Positions 33,571-47,668 of a DNA stretch of 64,000 nucleotides are shown here, piece after piece. Within the stretch, counting starts at the first letter, position 1. Every line of letters starts with the position of its first letter. The position numbers and the translations under genes are program-made. A model generated the notes under the pieces. That model was given only the letters and a program-made list of their open reading frames with translations. It did no database searches and had not been told where the DNA came from. The stretch is from Octopus vulgaris (lineage: Eukaryota). The stretch lies in NCBI GenBank assembly GCA_951406725.2, contig OX597840.1:26536001-26600000 (forward strand), in the 5' to 3' direction.

Positions 33571-33874
33571 TCCCTTCCTCTCGAACAAGCGTGTGTTTGT
33601 CTTCACGTATGTCCGGAAAGAAGGAGAGACCACGAGAACGGATCGCCTTCGGATTGGACAAGCACCTTGCCTTCCATTCAACAATTGCGCATCTGGTTGA
33701 TGTTGTTGTTGTTGTTGGTGGTGGTGGGTTTAGCTCCTTATCAACACTTGAATATGTGTCAAAGATATTCCAGCCGTGATCAATCCGTCTTTTATTCACA
33801 CATGATGTATATAATATATGACTAAGTACATGTGTAGCTGCGCGCGCGTGCTTGTGTCTATTTATGTATGTGTG

Positions 33875-33919
<45 letters not shown>

Positions 33920-33932
33920 TTGTGTGTGTGTG

Positions 33933-33973
<41 letters not shown>

Positions 33974-34023
33974 GTGTATGTATGTATGTATGTATGTATG
34001 TATGTATGAATGTTTGTATGTAT

Positions 34024-34096
<73 letters not shown>

Positions 34097-34303
34097 CAAT
34101 GGATGAATGAATTATCCTATATTTACCGTTAACATGAAAAATTCAATAAACCGTTACCAGGGTAGCAAAATTCACGTCAGAAACACGGTTGAAGCGACCT
34201 ATCCAAAGGTAGAAACTCCAGGTTAATGTGCAGTAATTTGTGTGTTATAAATGAATAAATAAATAAATGGAGTTGAACGAAGATGTTAATTAAATTCTTT
34301 TAG

Positions 34304-34383
34304 TTTCGACATATGTTTCGAAGACAACATGATTTTATTCCAAATGAATAAACGGTGTAAAATGCAATCTTCTCATCAGGAAA
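34304..34383 (-). ncRNA. Canonical type I hammerhead ribozyme of the PLE
   Basis: Minus strand: TTTC-CTGATGA-GAAGA...TCTTC-GAAAC-ATAT-GTC^-GAAA. Confidence 0.9.
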
Positions 34384-34592
34384 GAAAGAGAGCCTCTCTC
34401 AACAACAAGACATTATATCAATTAGGATGTCTGCCTACATGATAAACAGAACGTTATTAAATATTTTAAAAAACCGTTAGTAGATTTGACGTCAAAGGCA
34501 GATAGTAGGAAGAGAAGGGTTAAAGGGATAGTAATTAGGGAACAAATAGAGAGGGATACGTTGATTAAAAAAATGTTCAAAGACTGGCGAAA

Positions 34593-34980
34593 TCACTTAT
34601 ATGAGTAAAAAGTATGTTTCGGCCAGTGATTACATTTGTACGATCGCTCTATAAGTGTGTTTACAAGGGGATTCTTCGAGAAGAGAATATGGAAGAGTTC
34701 AGAGTTGCAAATGTTACAAAATCTCTTGCCCTTATCGAAAGGAAAAGATACGGACAGTATGAACCAATCTAACTTAAATTCTTTATTGTTGTCTTTAAGA
34801 TGCCAAACGAATTTACTTAGCCCTTTTACTATGGCGTTTTTTGCTATCCCTAGATGATGAATAATGATTTGAAATTCTCTTGGATAACTGGGAAGTGGAC
34901 GCGCCTATGTAGAAGTAGACATCGGTACCGGAAGAAATTTTACACTGGTATATAGAATTCTTGATCTTAGAATTATTAGA
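34593..34980 (-). pseudogene. PLE GIY-YIG endonuclease domain remnant (one frameshift)
   Basis: NSIYQCKISSGTDVYFYIGASTSQLSKRISNHYSS...[fs]GLSKFVWHLKDNNKEFKLDWFILS...FCNICNSELFHILF...LVN..IE..YKCNH..K*: IY-YIG, R..NH, LSKxxW, CxxC and CxH pattern. Confidence 0.85.
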
Positions 34981-35037
34981 CAAAAATTTAATTCTGGTGG
35001 GGGTTGTCCTCAGAGATCGAAACCAAGTTTTTATTGC

Positions 35038-35110
<73 letters not shown>

Positions 35111-35176
35111 TAACATTTGTCGAAAGTAAAAGAATTTTATTAACATCTTCGTTCAATTCCATTTATTTATTTATTC

Positions 35177-35232
<56 letters not shown>

Positions 35233-35265
35233 AATATATATATAAATATATAAATATATATATAA

Positions 35266-35318
<53 letters not shown>

Positions 35319-35335
35319 TATAAATATATATATAA

Positions 35336-35383
<48 letters not shown>

Positions 35384-35387
<4 letters not shown>

Positions 35388-35642
35388 ATACAATATGTTA
35401 CATTACTCGGTAGTCAAGATAAAACTCTGAGTTTCAGATGCCGAAGTGGAAATCCACAACACCATCTCTTCGGTTATCTGGCTATTTGAAAACGTTATGA
35501 AAAAATACCGTTTCAAATAACGTTTTCATAACGTTTTCAAATAGCCAGATAACCGAAGAGATGGTGTTGTGGATTTCCACTTCGGCATCTGAAACTCAGA
35601 GTTTTATCTTGACTACCGAGTAATGTAACATATTGTATAGAT
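35384..35642. repeat. Near-perfect inverted repeat (~120-bp arms, ~19-nt spacer) with one HHR per arm
   Basis: HHRs at 35417-35479(-) and 35547-35609(+): AGATAA-CCGAAGA-GATG...CATC-T-GAAAC-TCAGA-GTT^-TTATCT. Confidence 0.9.
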
Positions 35643-35753
35643 AAATTTCCTCTATTTACATAATATTGAGGTCTGTTTCTTTCTTTTGTTATCTTACCGT
35701 TTTATCAATATATATATATATATATATATACATACAAATACACACACACACAG

Positions 35754-35801
<48 letters not shown>

Positions 35802-35999
35802 AGGATAAAGGATATAGGATGAGGAACCTTTCCTGAGTCTTCTAGACCCATTCAGCCGGTTTCCTGGTTTCTATGTAGGAACAATTTATTCACTTAAGTC
35901 TAATTCACGCACAGAAATTTCTTGGAATCGCTGAGCGTTTGCACGAACTTACTGGGTCTGTGGAGTGGTCTTACTCGGTCACGAGCTGACTTCCTCCAT

Positions 36000-37404
36000 G
36001 TTTGCATGCATGTATGTATGCACGTATGCATGTATGTATGTATGTATGCTTTTATATATGTGTATATATGTATGCTTTTATATATGTGTATATATGTATG
36101 AGTGTATATATGTATGCATGTATGTATGTATGCATGTATGTATGTATGTATATATGTATGCATGTATGTACGTGTTCTTCTCGGTCACGAGTTAACTTCC
36201 TCCATGTATGTATGCATGCATGTATGCACTATGTATGTGTGTATATATGTATGCTTTTATATATGTGTATATATGTAAGAGTGTATGTATGTATGTATGT
36301 ATGTATGTATGTATGTATGTATGTATGTATGTATGTATGTATGTATGTATGTATGAATGTATATATGTATCTATGAATATATGAATGTATGAATGAATGT
36401 ATGTATGTATGTATGTATGTGTGTATATATGTATGTATGTATATAAGTATGTATGTATGTATGTATGTATGTATGTATGTATGCATGTATGCATGTATAT
36501 ATGTATGTGTGTATTTTTATATATGTGTATGTATGTATAGGGATGTATGTAAGCGTATATACGTGTGTGTGTATCTGTGTATATATGCATGTCTCTTCTA
36601 TTTTTTACTTATTATAAATCTATATGTATGTATGCATGTATGTGTGTATGTATGTATGTATGTATGTATGTATGTATGTATGTATGTATGTATGTATGTA
36701 TGTATGTACGTATGTATTTATGTATGTATGTATGTATGTATGTACGTATGTATGTATGTATGTATGCATGTATGTATGTATGTATGTATGTATGTATGTA
36801 TGTATGTACGTATGTATGTATGTATGTATGTATGTATGTATGTATGTATGTATGTATGTATGTATGTATGTATGTATGTATGTATGCATGTATGTATGTA
36901 TGTATGTACGTATGTATGTATGTATGTATGTATGTATGTATGTATGCATGTATGTATGTATGTATGTATGTATGTATGTGTATGTATGTATGTATGTATG
37001 TATGTATGTATGTATGTATGTATGTATGTGTGTATGTATGTATGTATGCATGCATGTATGTATGTATGTATGTATATATGTACGTATGTATGTATGTATG
37101 TATGTATGTATGTATGTATGTATGTATGTATGTATGTATGTATGTATGTATGTATGTATGTATGTATGTATGTATGTATGTATGTATGTATGTATGTATG
37201 TATGTATGTATGTATGTGTGTATGTATGTATGTATGTATGCATGCATGTATGTATGTATGTATGTATGTATGTATGTATGTATGTATGTATGTATGTGTG
37301 TATGTACGTATGAATGTATGTATGTATGTATGTATGTATGTATGTATGTATGTATGTATGTATGCATGTATGTATGTATGTATGTATGAATGTATGCATG
37401 CATG

Positions 37405-37436
<32 letters not shown>

Positions 37437-37480
37437 CATGTATGTATGTATGTATGTATGTATGTACGTATGTATACGTG
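36000..37480. repeat. (TATG)n microsatellite region
   Basis: Direct reading. Confidence 0.95.
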
Positions 37481-37531
37481 CAGAATGTGTTTTGTGTTAC
37501 GTATGTCTTCTCAGGCATATACTTGCATAAT

Positions 37532-37716
37532 TAGACATGTTCGTATATATTTATACACAAGTGATAAACTTCTGGAAAGTTTTACAGATCTTAACAGTTC
37601 CACTGACGACTTGGGTCTGTAGTTTTCAAACCAGCTTTCTCCGTACTAGTTTTGAGAAGCCTAATTTCTCAAGATTGGTACTTAAATAGTATGTCACACA
37701 TCCCAGTGCTCCAGTA
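37532..37716 (-). mobile_element. 3' end of an RLE-type (R4/NeSL-like) non-LTR retrotransposon
   Basis: GALGCVTYYLSTNLEKLGFSK...KLQTQVVSGTVKICKTFQKFIT; homologues at 46455, 47670 and 59140. Confidence 0.65.
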
Positions 37717-38021
37717 TATATGCATGTATTTGTTTTTGTGCATGTATGTATGTATGTATGTATGTATGTACGTCCGTAAGTAAGTATACGTGGATGAATG
37801 GATGGATGGATATATGTTCATTTGTGTTAATTGGTTCATTGCCATTAAAAGAAAATCTCTCCTTTACCTAAAATGGGTCGCTACTTCTCCAAGAAGAACA
37901 CTGTTTTGTTTTGCTAGTGTGTTTAATTTTGTTTTACCATATTTAATGCACGTCTGTGCATGCGTGTATACATGATCTGATCAATAAGAATCCGGACTTA
38001 ATTAAACTAGCCACAGCCCGA

Positions 38022-38285
38022 ACATGAAAACACAAAGAGAAAATACAACAACGCGAGGACGTGGAACAAATATAGTATTATTGGACGCTCAGGAAAGAAG
38101 GAAAGAAGGAGGGTTTAACGTTTCGAGCGGAGCTCTTCGTCGGAAACATAGGAGAAGGAAAGATCCAAAGAAGGGAAGACAGAGGGGAAAACATCGCCAA
38201 CGGTACACACGCGGTCACATTGTGAATGACCGGAAGGAAATGGGTGAAGAAAAGTTCTTTCAAAGACAGGAAAATGCAAGAGGAG
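38022..38285 (-). mobile_element. Short PLE-derived element with minimal HHR (38113-38147)
   Basis: Same motif as 12205-12239. Confidence 0.8.
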
Positions 38286-38288
38286 GTA

Positions 38289-38355
<67 letters not shown>

Positions 38356-38494
38356 GACTACAGTGTACATTCAAACACATAATAGATACCCCAAAAAAAT
38401 AGGATATCTGACTCACTAGAAAGAGCAGTTAAACTCCAAGCCACTAATTGTTGTAATTCCGAAAGTGATTGAAAAATAAAAAAAACTTTTACTT

Positions 38495-38550
<56 letters not shown>

Positions 38551-38685
38551 ATAAAACGGTAAGATAACAAAAGAAAGAAAGAGACCTCAATATTATGTAA
38601 ATAGAGGAAATTTATCTATACAATATGTTACATTACTCGGTAGTCAAGATAAAACGTCTCAATTTGAAGACGTTTTCAAATAGCC

Positions 38686-38748
38686 AGATAACCGAAGAGA
38701 TGGTGTTGTGGATTTCCACTTCGGCATCTGAAACTCAGAGTTTTATCT
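38686..38748 (+). ncRNA. Type I HHR (U4C) in an inverted PLE fragment (38548-38777)
   Basis: Identical to 35547-35609. Confidence 0.75.
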
Positions 38749-38770
38749 TGACTACCGAGTAATGTAACAT

Positions 38771-38918
<148 letters not shown>

Positions 38919-39040
38919 GGGAGAATTCACAAAAAAATCAGAAGACGAAGACAGGTAAGATAGACAGGCAGACAGATAGACAGAGCGTAAGAGACAGACA
39001 GACCAGACGGAGATTGTGTGTGCGTGTGTGTGTGTGTGTG

Positions 39041-39079
<39 letters not shown>

Positions 39080-39226
39080 AAGAGAGAGAGAGCACAAGAG
39101 ACATGGACGGAAATAGCGACAGAAAAGAATAGATTACAAGTTGATTCGTTCACGATGACCTGAGACTACTCGCAAAACACACACACACACACACACATGC
39201 ATAGACAGAGACAGACGTCTGCTGTA

Positions 39227-39278
<52 letters not shown>

Positions 39279-39527
39279 TATTTGTTCGATCAAGAGAACT
39301 TCCTTGGCATTGAAATAAAATTTGAAGCGCGTTACTGTTCCACAAACGCTGCCATAAACACCCAAGCCTGGCTGTCGAGATCGAGAATGCCTGTCTGGTG
39401 GTTAGCGCGTTCGGTTTACGGACCTCACGGTCAAGCGTTCGAGTCGTGGATTAAACATGTCGGATTTTCTTTTTTTTTTTATATATTTTTAATTTTCATA
39501 TAGGCACAGGCGTGGTAAGAAGCTTGC

Positions 39528-39952
39528 GGATCTTTTCGGTTTGAACGGCAGTTTTTTCTAGCAGTGTCATATGAAATTGTCACCCATAATTACGACCCTA
39601 GTATCGATCTATTGCATTTCAATCTGTTTTAGGGTTAGGGTTAGGGTTACGGGTGGGGAGAAGGGTATCTTTTTTTCTTCACAAATGTAAATAAACCCAA
39701 TCTGTTTCTTAAACGAAGGACATATTCATACGGCATAGAATGTTGTTTTTTTACCTCAATAGACGTCAGTGATTGGTTGAAATTTCAGAAATTGAAGAAA
39801 AAACAACAAATATCTTACAAACAATAGAATTTTCTCAATAAAGCCAAGAGAAGATGATGTTTTATAAACATATTCTACCAGTATACGAAGTTTAAAAGTG
39901 TTTAGTTACGTGGAAATTATGTTAAAAACTGCCGGTCAAACCGAAAAGATCC
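39528..39952. mobile_element. Non-autonomous TIR DNA transposon (MULE- or Merlin-like) inserted in a SINE head
   Basis: ~29-bp TIRs GGATCTTTTCGGTTTGAACGGCAGTTTTT; 9-bp TSD GAAGCTTGC; internal (TTAGGG)3 at 39629-39646. Confidence 0.85.
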
Positions 39953-40065
39953 GAAGCTTGCTTCCCAACCACTTGGTACCGGGTTCGGTCCCACCGCGTG
40001 GCACTCTGGCTGATTGTCTTCTGCTATAGCCTCGGGCCGATCAAAGTCTTACGAGTGGATTCGGT

Positions 40066-40136
<71 letters not shown>

Positions 40137-40214
40137 TAGCAAAATTGTATTCCCCCTTTTCACCTTGTTTTCTCTTCCCCCTTTTTAGCTTTCAATACCT
40201 TTTCTCCTTCTCTC

Positions 40215-40575
40215 ACCCTATGAAGTATATTTCCTTAACGCCACTCATGACCTTCGCACCCACCTACGAAGGCCAGTCAGGGTCCTCCGTGCAGGACAGA
40301 ACCCCTCACTTCGGCCCTTCGTTTTGAGCTTCTTAACAAAGCGCTCCACTGTCCCTCTCTTATGGAAGAGGACCACAAACTCCTCCTCCGCATCACGGAG
40401 GGTGGGGGACTGTATAGTTCCCATCTTTGGTGGCACAACTCCCCACCAAAGATGCTTGGGGACACGTCGGCAGTGGGTCACCAACCGCCGCCGGCGATTC
40501 TGTCAATCTTGCAGTCTGGGTCACATCTCAGGTACATTCATACAGGAAGTGATGTCCCGCGAAAGATCTTGAATT
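40215..40575 (-). mobile_element. Possible degraded L1/Tx1-like C-terminal fragment
   Basis: GC-rich island with an HHFLYEC zinc-knuckle-like peptide; weak evidence. Confidence 0.3.
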
Positions 40576-40619
40576 TAGGCGGTCATGGTGTTATTTACCC
40601 GCTTACAGTACCACATATA

Positions 40620-40687
<68 letters not shown>

Positions 40688-40863
40688 TGTGTATATATAT
40701 ATATATATATATATGAAAAAAATCTATCAGAAAGGAACTCTATTTCTCTTTAAAAAATATCTTTTGATAAGCATAACAAATGCGCAACCGGTAAAAAGAA
40801 CTTTCACCTAATTAAATACACTCTCCCTTACTAAAATTATTTTGTCAGCATTTTCTTCATTTC

Positions 40864-40911
<48 letters not shown>

Positions 40912-41096
40912 CAATATGTATGTAAAAAATACAAACTGGGACAAGAACGCAAAACATTTAGAAGATGATACAAAAAACCCAGACGAGACATTCGAAGCCT
41001 TCAATCTTCAGTCAAGAACCGGATCATCCTCGCAATTTCGGCTGGTACAAATGCACAGAAAACAAGACATAAATTGTACACACACAGACACAAACA

Positions 41097-41191
<95 letters not shown>

Positions 41192-41409
41192 ATATATATA
41201 TATGCACATATATATGTATCTATATGTGACCGCGTGTGTACCGTTGACGATTTTTTTCCCTCTGTCTTCCCTTCTCTGGATTTTTCCTTCTCCTATATTT
41301 CCGATGAAGAGCTCCTTCTTTCCTTCTTTCCTGAGCGTCCAATAATACTATATTTGTTCCACGTCCTCGCGTTGTTGTGTTTTCTCTTTGTATTTTCGTG
41401 TTTGGATTA

Positions 41410-41451
<42 letters not shown>

Positions 41452-41530
41452 TAAGGGTAGAAATTGATATTTATCAACTAAGACCAATGGTCTAGCATAT
41501 TAAAAAAGAATCCGAAGATTAAAATATTTA

Positions 41531-41983
<453 letters not shown>

Positions 41984-42299
41984 CGCACAGAGGCCACAAA
42001 CACGCTTACACAATGCAAAAGCGAACACCCCCCCCCCACACTCCCAACCCCCTAAACCACAAATCACACACTGTGTATAGACGCTGTCACAATTACCGCC
42101 GCCGCCACCGCCGCCGACACCGTCGACACCACAAGTCGCTTATTACAACCACCTGAGTCTATTCCACCCGACACCACCACCACCACCACCACCACCACAG
42201 TAACTGCATTGTACTACCACCACCGTCGTTCCACCCGCAGTAACAACTGTTGCTATCAGTTTAAAAACGAAGTGGTTGTGTTCACACATACGTAAACAC

Positions 42300-43135
42300 A
42301 CAGTCACACACACACACACACACGTACATACACACACACACACACACATACACACACACACGTACATACACATATAGACTTACACACACACACACGAACA
42401 TACACACACACACACACACATACACACACACACGTACATACACATATAGACTTACACACACACACACGTACATACACACATAGACTTACACACACACGTA
42501 CATACACATATAGACTTACACACACACACACGTACATACACACACACACACACACATACACACACACACGTACATACACATATAGACTTACACACACACA
42601 CACACGTACATACACACATAGACTTACACACACACGTACATACACACATAGACTTACACACACACACACAAACACACACACACGTACATACACACATAGA
42701 CATACACACACACACACGTACATACACACATAGACTTACACACACACACGTACATACACACATAGACATACACACACACACACAAACACACACACACGTA
42801 CATACACACATAGACATACACACACACACACGTATATACACACATAGACTTACACACACACACATACATACACAAATAGACTTACACACACACACACATA
42901 CACACACACACGTACATACACATATAGACTTACACACACACACACGTACACACACACGTACATACACATATAGACTTACACACACACACACGTACATACA
43001 CACATAGACTTACACACACACACATACATACACACATAGACTTACACACACACACACACATACACACACACACACACATACACACACACACACACGTACA
43101 TACACACATACACATATAGACTTACACACACACAT
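42300..43135. repeat. CA-based minisatellite (CACGTACATACACATATAGACTTA(CA)n)
   Basis: Direct reading. Confidence 0.9.
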
Positions 43136-43452
43136 ACATATACACGCACGCACACACACACACACACATAACACACGCATACACACATATATGTACATAC
43201 ATACTCATGCAAATAAACCGCGCTTACACACGTATACAGATATACACACATATACATACATACGTAGACATATACACATACATACAAGACCATACATATA
43301 CACAAATACACACACACACACCAACACACCTGTACACACCTGTACACACCTGTACACACGTAACTTCCTCAATCAGTCACTCACCAGCATAACCACACCC
43401 CTCACCTTCATTCACCTACGGCAACGATCAGCTGAGGGCGGCGGCTGCGCTT

Positions 43453-44141
43453 GTGGTGGTAGTGGTGGTGGTGGTGGTGGTAGTGGTAGTGGTGGTGGTG
43501 GTGGTGGTGGTGGTGGTGGTGGTGGTGGTGGTGGTGGTTGTGGTGGTGGTGGTTGTGGTGGTGGTGGTGATGGTGGTGGTGGTGGTGGTGGTGGTGGTGG
43601 TGGTAGTGGTGGTGGTGGTGGTGGTGGTGGTGGTGGTGGTGGTGGTAGTGGTGGTGGTGGTGGTGGTGGTGGTGGTGGTGGTGGTGGTGGTAGTGGTGGT
43701 GGTGGTGGTGGTGGTGGTGGTGGTGGTGGTGGTGGTGGTGGTGGTGGTGGTAGTGGTGGTGGTGGTGGTGGTAGTGGTGGTGGTAGTGGTGGTGGTGGTG
43801 GTGGTAGTGGTGGTGGTGGTGGTGGTGGTGGTGGTGGTGGTGGTGGTGGTGGTGGTGGTGGTAGTGGTGGTGGTGGTGGTGGTGGTGGTGGTGGTGGTGG
43901 TAGTGGTGGTGGTGGTGGTGGTGGTGGTGGTGGTGGTGGTGGTGGTAGTGGTGGTGGTGGTAGTGGTGGTGGTAGTGGTGGTGGTGGTGGTGGTGGTGGT
44001 GGTGGTGGTGGTGGGTGGTGGTAGTGGTGGTGGTGGTGGTGGTGGTGGTGGTGGTGGTGGTGGTGGTGGTAGTGGTGGTGGTGGTAGTGGTGGTAGTGGT
44101 GGTGGTGGTGGTGGTGGTGGTGGTGGTGGTAGTGGTGGTGG
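43453..44141. repeat. ~690-bp (GGT)n array
   Basis: Direct reading. Confidence 0.95.
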
Positions 44142-44230
44142 CTTGTGGCACACCGCCAAGTTACAGCGCAGAAAGAACACCAGCTTTCAAACACTGTCTG
44201 TCAGTCTGTCTGCGTATGTATGTATGTGTG

Positions 44231-44268
<38 letters not shown>

Positions 44269-44278
44269 AATATAAATC

Positions 44279-44336
<58 letters not shown>

Positions 44337-44409
44337 TGTATGTATGTGTGTATGTGTGTATGTATGTGTGTGTGTGTGTATGAATGCACATATATATGTA
44401 TGTGTGTGA

Positions 44410-44745
44410 AAGCGCATGGCTCAGTGGTTAGAGCGTCGAGCTTACGATCGTGAGGTTGTGAGCTCGAATCCCGGACCGGGCTGCGCGTTGTGTTCTTGAG
44501 CAAGACACTTTATTTCACGTTGCTCCAGTTCACTCAGCTGTAGAAATGAGTTGCGACGTCACTGGTGCCAAGCTGTATCGGCCCCTTTGCCTTTACCCTT
44601 GGATAACATCAGTGGCATAGATAGGGGGAGGCTGGTATGCATGGGCAACTGCTGGTCTTCCATAAACAACCATGCCTGGACTTGTGTCTGGGAGGGTAGC
44701 TTTCTAGGTGCAAGCCCATGGTCTGTGTCGTGACCGAGGGGAGGT
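44410..44745 (+). mobile_element. tRNA-derived SINE family B
   Basis: TGGCTCAGTGG A box, GCTCGAATCCC B box, then TTGAGCAAGACACTT...GCTCCAGTTCACTCAGCTG central domain; copy at 52747-52942. Confidence 0.8.
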
Positions 44746-44776
44746 CTCAGATGTGTGTGTGGTGTAGATGGATATA

Positions 44777-44939
44777 GGCGCAGGCGTGGCTGTGTGGTAA
44801 GAAGCTTGTTTCCCGACCATATTGTTCCGGGTTCAGTCCTATTGCGTGGCACCTTGAGCAAGTATTTCCCACTATATCCTCGGGTCGATCAAAGCCTTTT
44901 GAGTGGATTTGATAGACAGAAACTGAAAGAAGCCCGTCG

Positions 44940-44941
<2 letters not shown>
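44777..44941 (+). mobile_element. SINE family A head
   Basis: Diverged copy. Confidence 0.8.
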
Positions 44942-44985
<44 letters not shown>

Positions 44986-45087
44986 GGAGTAAACACATAA
45001 ATGTGAAACAAGGTGGAAAAAAGAGTACTCAAATACCAGTGGTAGAGTAATATGCTTTATTTTAAGCAGCAGAAAATTCAACAAAAC

Positions 45088-45125
45088 CTGTTACTCTGAG
45101 TTTCACGTTCCCGTTCGTCGGACAG
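45088..45125 (-). ncRNA. Minimal type I HHR (U4C) overlapping a 90-bp perfect palindrome (45096-45185)
   Basis: Minus strand: CTGT-CCGACGA-ACG(GGAA)CGT-GAAAC-TCAGA-GTA^-ACAG; truncated mirror copy at 45156-45185(+). Confidence 0.85.
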
Positions 45126-45185
45126 TTTTTGCTAGAATAGCTATTCTAGCAAAAACTGTCCGACGAACGGGAACGTGAAACTCAG

Positions 45186-45214
<29 letters not shown>

Positions 45215-45216
<2 letters not shown>

Positions 45217-45371
45217 TTAATCCAAACAAGAAAGCACAAAAAAACACAACAACGCGAGGACGTGGAACAAATATAGTATTATTGGACGCTCAGGAAAGAA
45301 GGAAAGAAGGAGGGTTTAACGTTTCGAGCGGAGCTCTTCGTCGGAAACATAGGAGAAGGAAAGATCCAGAG

Positions 45372-45372
<1 letters not shown>
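45215..45372 (-). mobile_element. Short PLE-derived element with minimal HHR (45314-45348)
   Basis: Same motif as 12205-12239. Confidence 0.8.
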
Positions 45373-45417
<45 letters not shown>

Positions 45418-45458
45418 TTATATCTATATATACATATATTTGCATATATATGTATATA

Positions 45459-45533
<75 letters not shown>

Positions 45534-45936
45534 ATATTATTGTCTAGAATGATATCAAGTGGCATAGCATGCGTAAAAGAATACCATAAGATACCATAAT
45601 TATTAATTAGTAATTAAGTGAGCTACAAACAGCACCATCAGACTTTTCAATTAATGTGTATCAGTGAAACTTTTTGGTTATAGTCGTCTTCTGGCTGCTA
45701 TTTTTAACGTGCGCGTTTATTTACATACACACACACACACATATATATATAAATATATATATACATACAAATATATATATATAGATATATTTATACATAT
45801 ATATATATACATATATATGTATACATATATCTATACATATATATATATATAAACATATATATATATATACATATATATATATATGTATATATATATATAC
45901 ATACATATATATATATATGTATATATATATACATAC

Positions 45937-45969
<33 letters not shown>

Positions 45970-46087
45970 TACATATATATATGTATATATACATATATAT
46001 GCTATATATATAAATACATATATTTATATATGTATGTATAACTATATATGTATATATATATATACACACATAAAATTTTGTTTTTTC

Positions 46088-46274
46088 GTATATTCTCCCT
46101 ATATATTAGCCACTACACACATTTGTTTCTCTCCTTGTTTATACTGTGTCCCTTTCTGAAGAAGAGCGTAGGCTCGAAACGTAAAAGACGTTTTCTATTC
46201 CTGAGTGTTATACTAATACATCTGTTTGTTTTGTACACCACCTGCCTTCGTCTTTTGTTTTTTTCGCAAACTTT

Positions 46275-46279
<5 letters not shown>
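46088..46279 (+). mobile_element. Short PLE-derived element with intact minimal HHR (46152-46187)
   Basis: CTTT-CTGAAGA-A-GAGC(GTAG)GCTC-GAAAC-GTA^-AAAG. Confidence 0.8.
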
Positions 46280-46373
<94 letters not shown>

Positions 46374-46454
46374 TAATAAAGAAAACGGAGAAAAAAAGTG
46401 CAACAAACAAAAAAAAGCTGTGACACGACGTGGTACATGAAGGTATGAATAAGA

Positions 46455-46790
46455 CGCTAAGTACCAATCTTGAGAAATTAGGGTTCTCAAAACCAGAAAA
46501 GAAAAAGCTTATTCGAAGACTACAGATCCTATCCATCACTGGAACTGTAAAAATCTGTAAAACTTTGCAGAAGTTTATCACTTAAATATATATGAGCATG
46601 TCTAGATATGCAACTATATGCATGACAATACATACATAAAAAAAAAAACAAATCTGCACATAAATACATACATACATACAAACAAAAATACCCTATAGTT
46701 GATGTTGAAATTTCAATGAAGGAGCCTTGGATCCAGGTTAGAAACCGATTCTTTCTTTATTGGCAAGAAATCTTGAAATAAACGGAATAG
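46455..46790 (+). mobile_element. RLE-type LINE 3' end and 3'UTR
   Basis: LSTNLEKLGFSKPEKKKLIRRLQILSITGTVKICKTLQKFIT*. Confidence 0.65.
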
Positions 46791-46843
46791 TGACATACAT
46801 ACATACACACGTACGTACATACATACATACATACATACACACA

Positions 46844-46875
<32 letters not shown>

Positions 46876-47205
46876 CACATACATACATACATACATGCAT
46901 GCATACATACATACATACATACATACATACATACATACATACATACATACATACATACATACATACATACATACATACATACATACGTACATACATACAT
47001 ACATGGGCCGGGTATAATTGTTTGGGGTGGACTTTAGAAAGTGTCCGCCGTCATAGAGGTCAGCTGCCTTGTTGATGTGAATACCATTTTGAAAATCAAA
47101 GAGGAAGGGAAGAACTATGGACGACTGCTTTAAAACTTCCGGCTTCCATGTCCACATTATAATTTCTCATTTTCAACAATCATAATTGCAACATTTGGTT
47201 TTGTT

Positions 47206-47668
47206 AGAAAGCAGATCAGGCCGAAAATGTCGCTAGAAGCTAGGATCACCAAGCATAGATTGGCATATTTCGGTCATATTATGCGGAGAAAATCCCTGGA
47301 GAAGGACATCATGCTCGGAATGGTCAGTGGCAAGAGAGGAAGAGGCTCACCAATGGAGAAGTTCTTAAGCAGATAAGGCCAAAAATGTCGCTAGAAGCTA
47401 GGCTCACCAAGCATAGATTGGCATATTTCGGTCATATTATGCGGAGAAAATCCCTGGAGAAGGACATCATGCTCGGAATGGTCAGTGGCAAGAGAGGGAG
47501 ATGTCGACCAAGAACCCGCTGGCTCGACACCATCAAGAGTGATACTGGAATGGACATAGCCAATCTGAAAGAAGCGGACCGGGATAGAACTGACTGGAGG
47601 ACACTGATCCATCGAGTGACCGAGAGTCGACTTCGACTGAACGGACAGAGAGAGAGAGAGAGAGAGAG
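47206..47668 (+). mobile_element. RTE (BovB-like) LINE 3' end with partial tandem duplication
   Basis: SLEARLTKHRLAYFGHIMRRKSLEKDIMLGMVSGKRGRCRPRTRWLD...WRTLIHRVTESRLRLNG matches the YFGHxMRR/SLEK/GRxRxRWLD C-terminus of RTE; the first ~140 bp are duplicated; (AG)n tail. Confidence 0.85.

Larger units (their letters stand above)
34095..35178 (-). mobile_element. 5'-truncated Penelope-like element with inverted partial terminal copy
   Basis: GIY-YIG remnant, then HHR, then 3' end in (TA)n; 35112-35178 is an inverted copy of ~34248-34316; the 3' end also matches ~4978-5070. Confidence 0.85.

Noticed and set aside
39629-39646. Telomere or chromosome fusion site
   Set aside because: Only three units, inside a TIR element.
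43191-44024. Gly-rich structural protein-like ORF
   Set aside because: Pure (GGT)n array, open in nearly all frames.
44410-44485. Functional tRNA genes (also 57479, 52747, 62934)
   Set aside because: A and B boxes are present, but no proper acceptor stem is evident and each continues into a SINE body.
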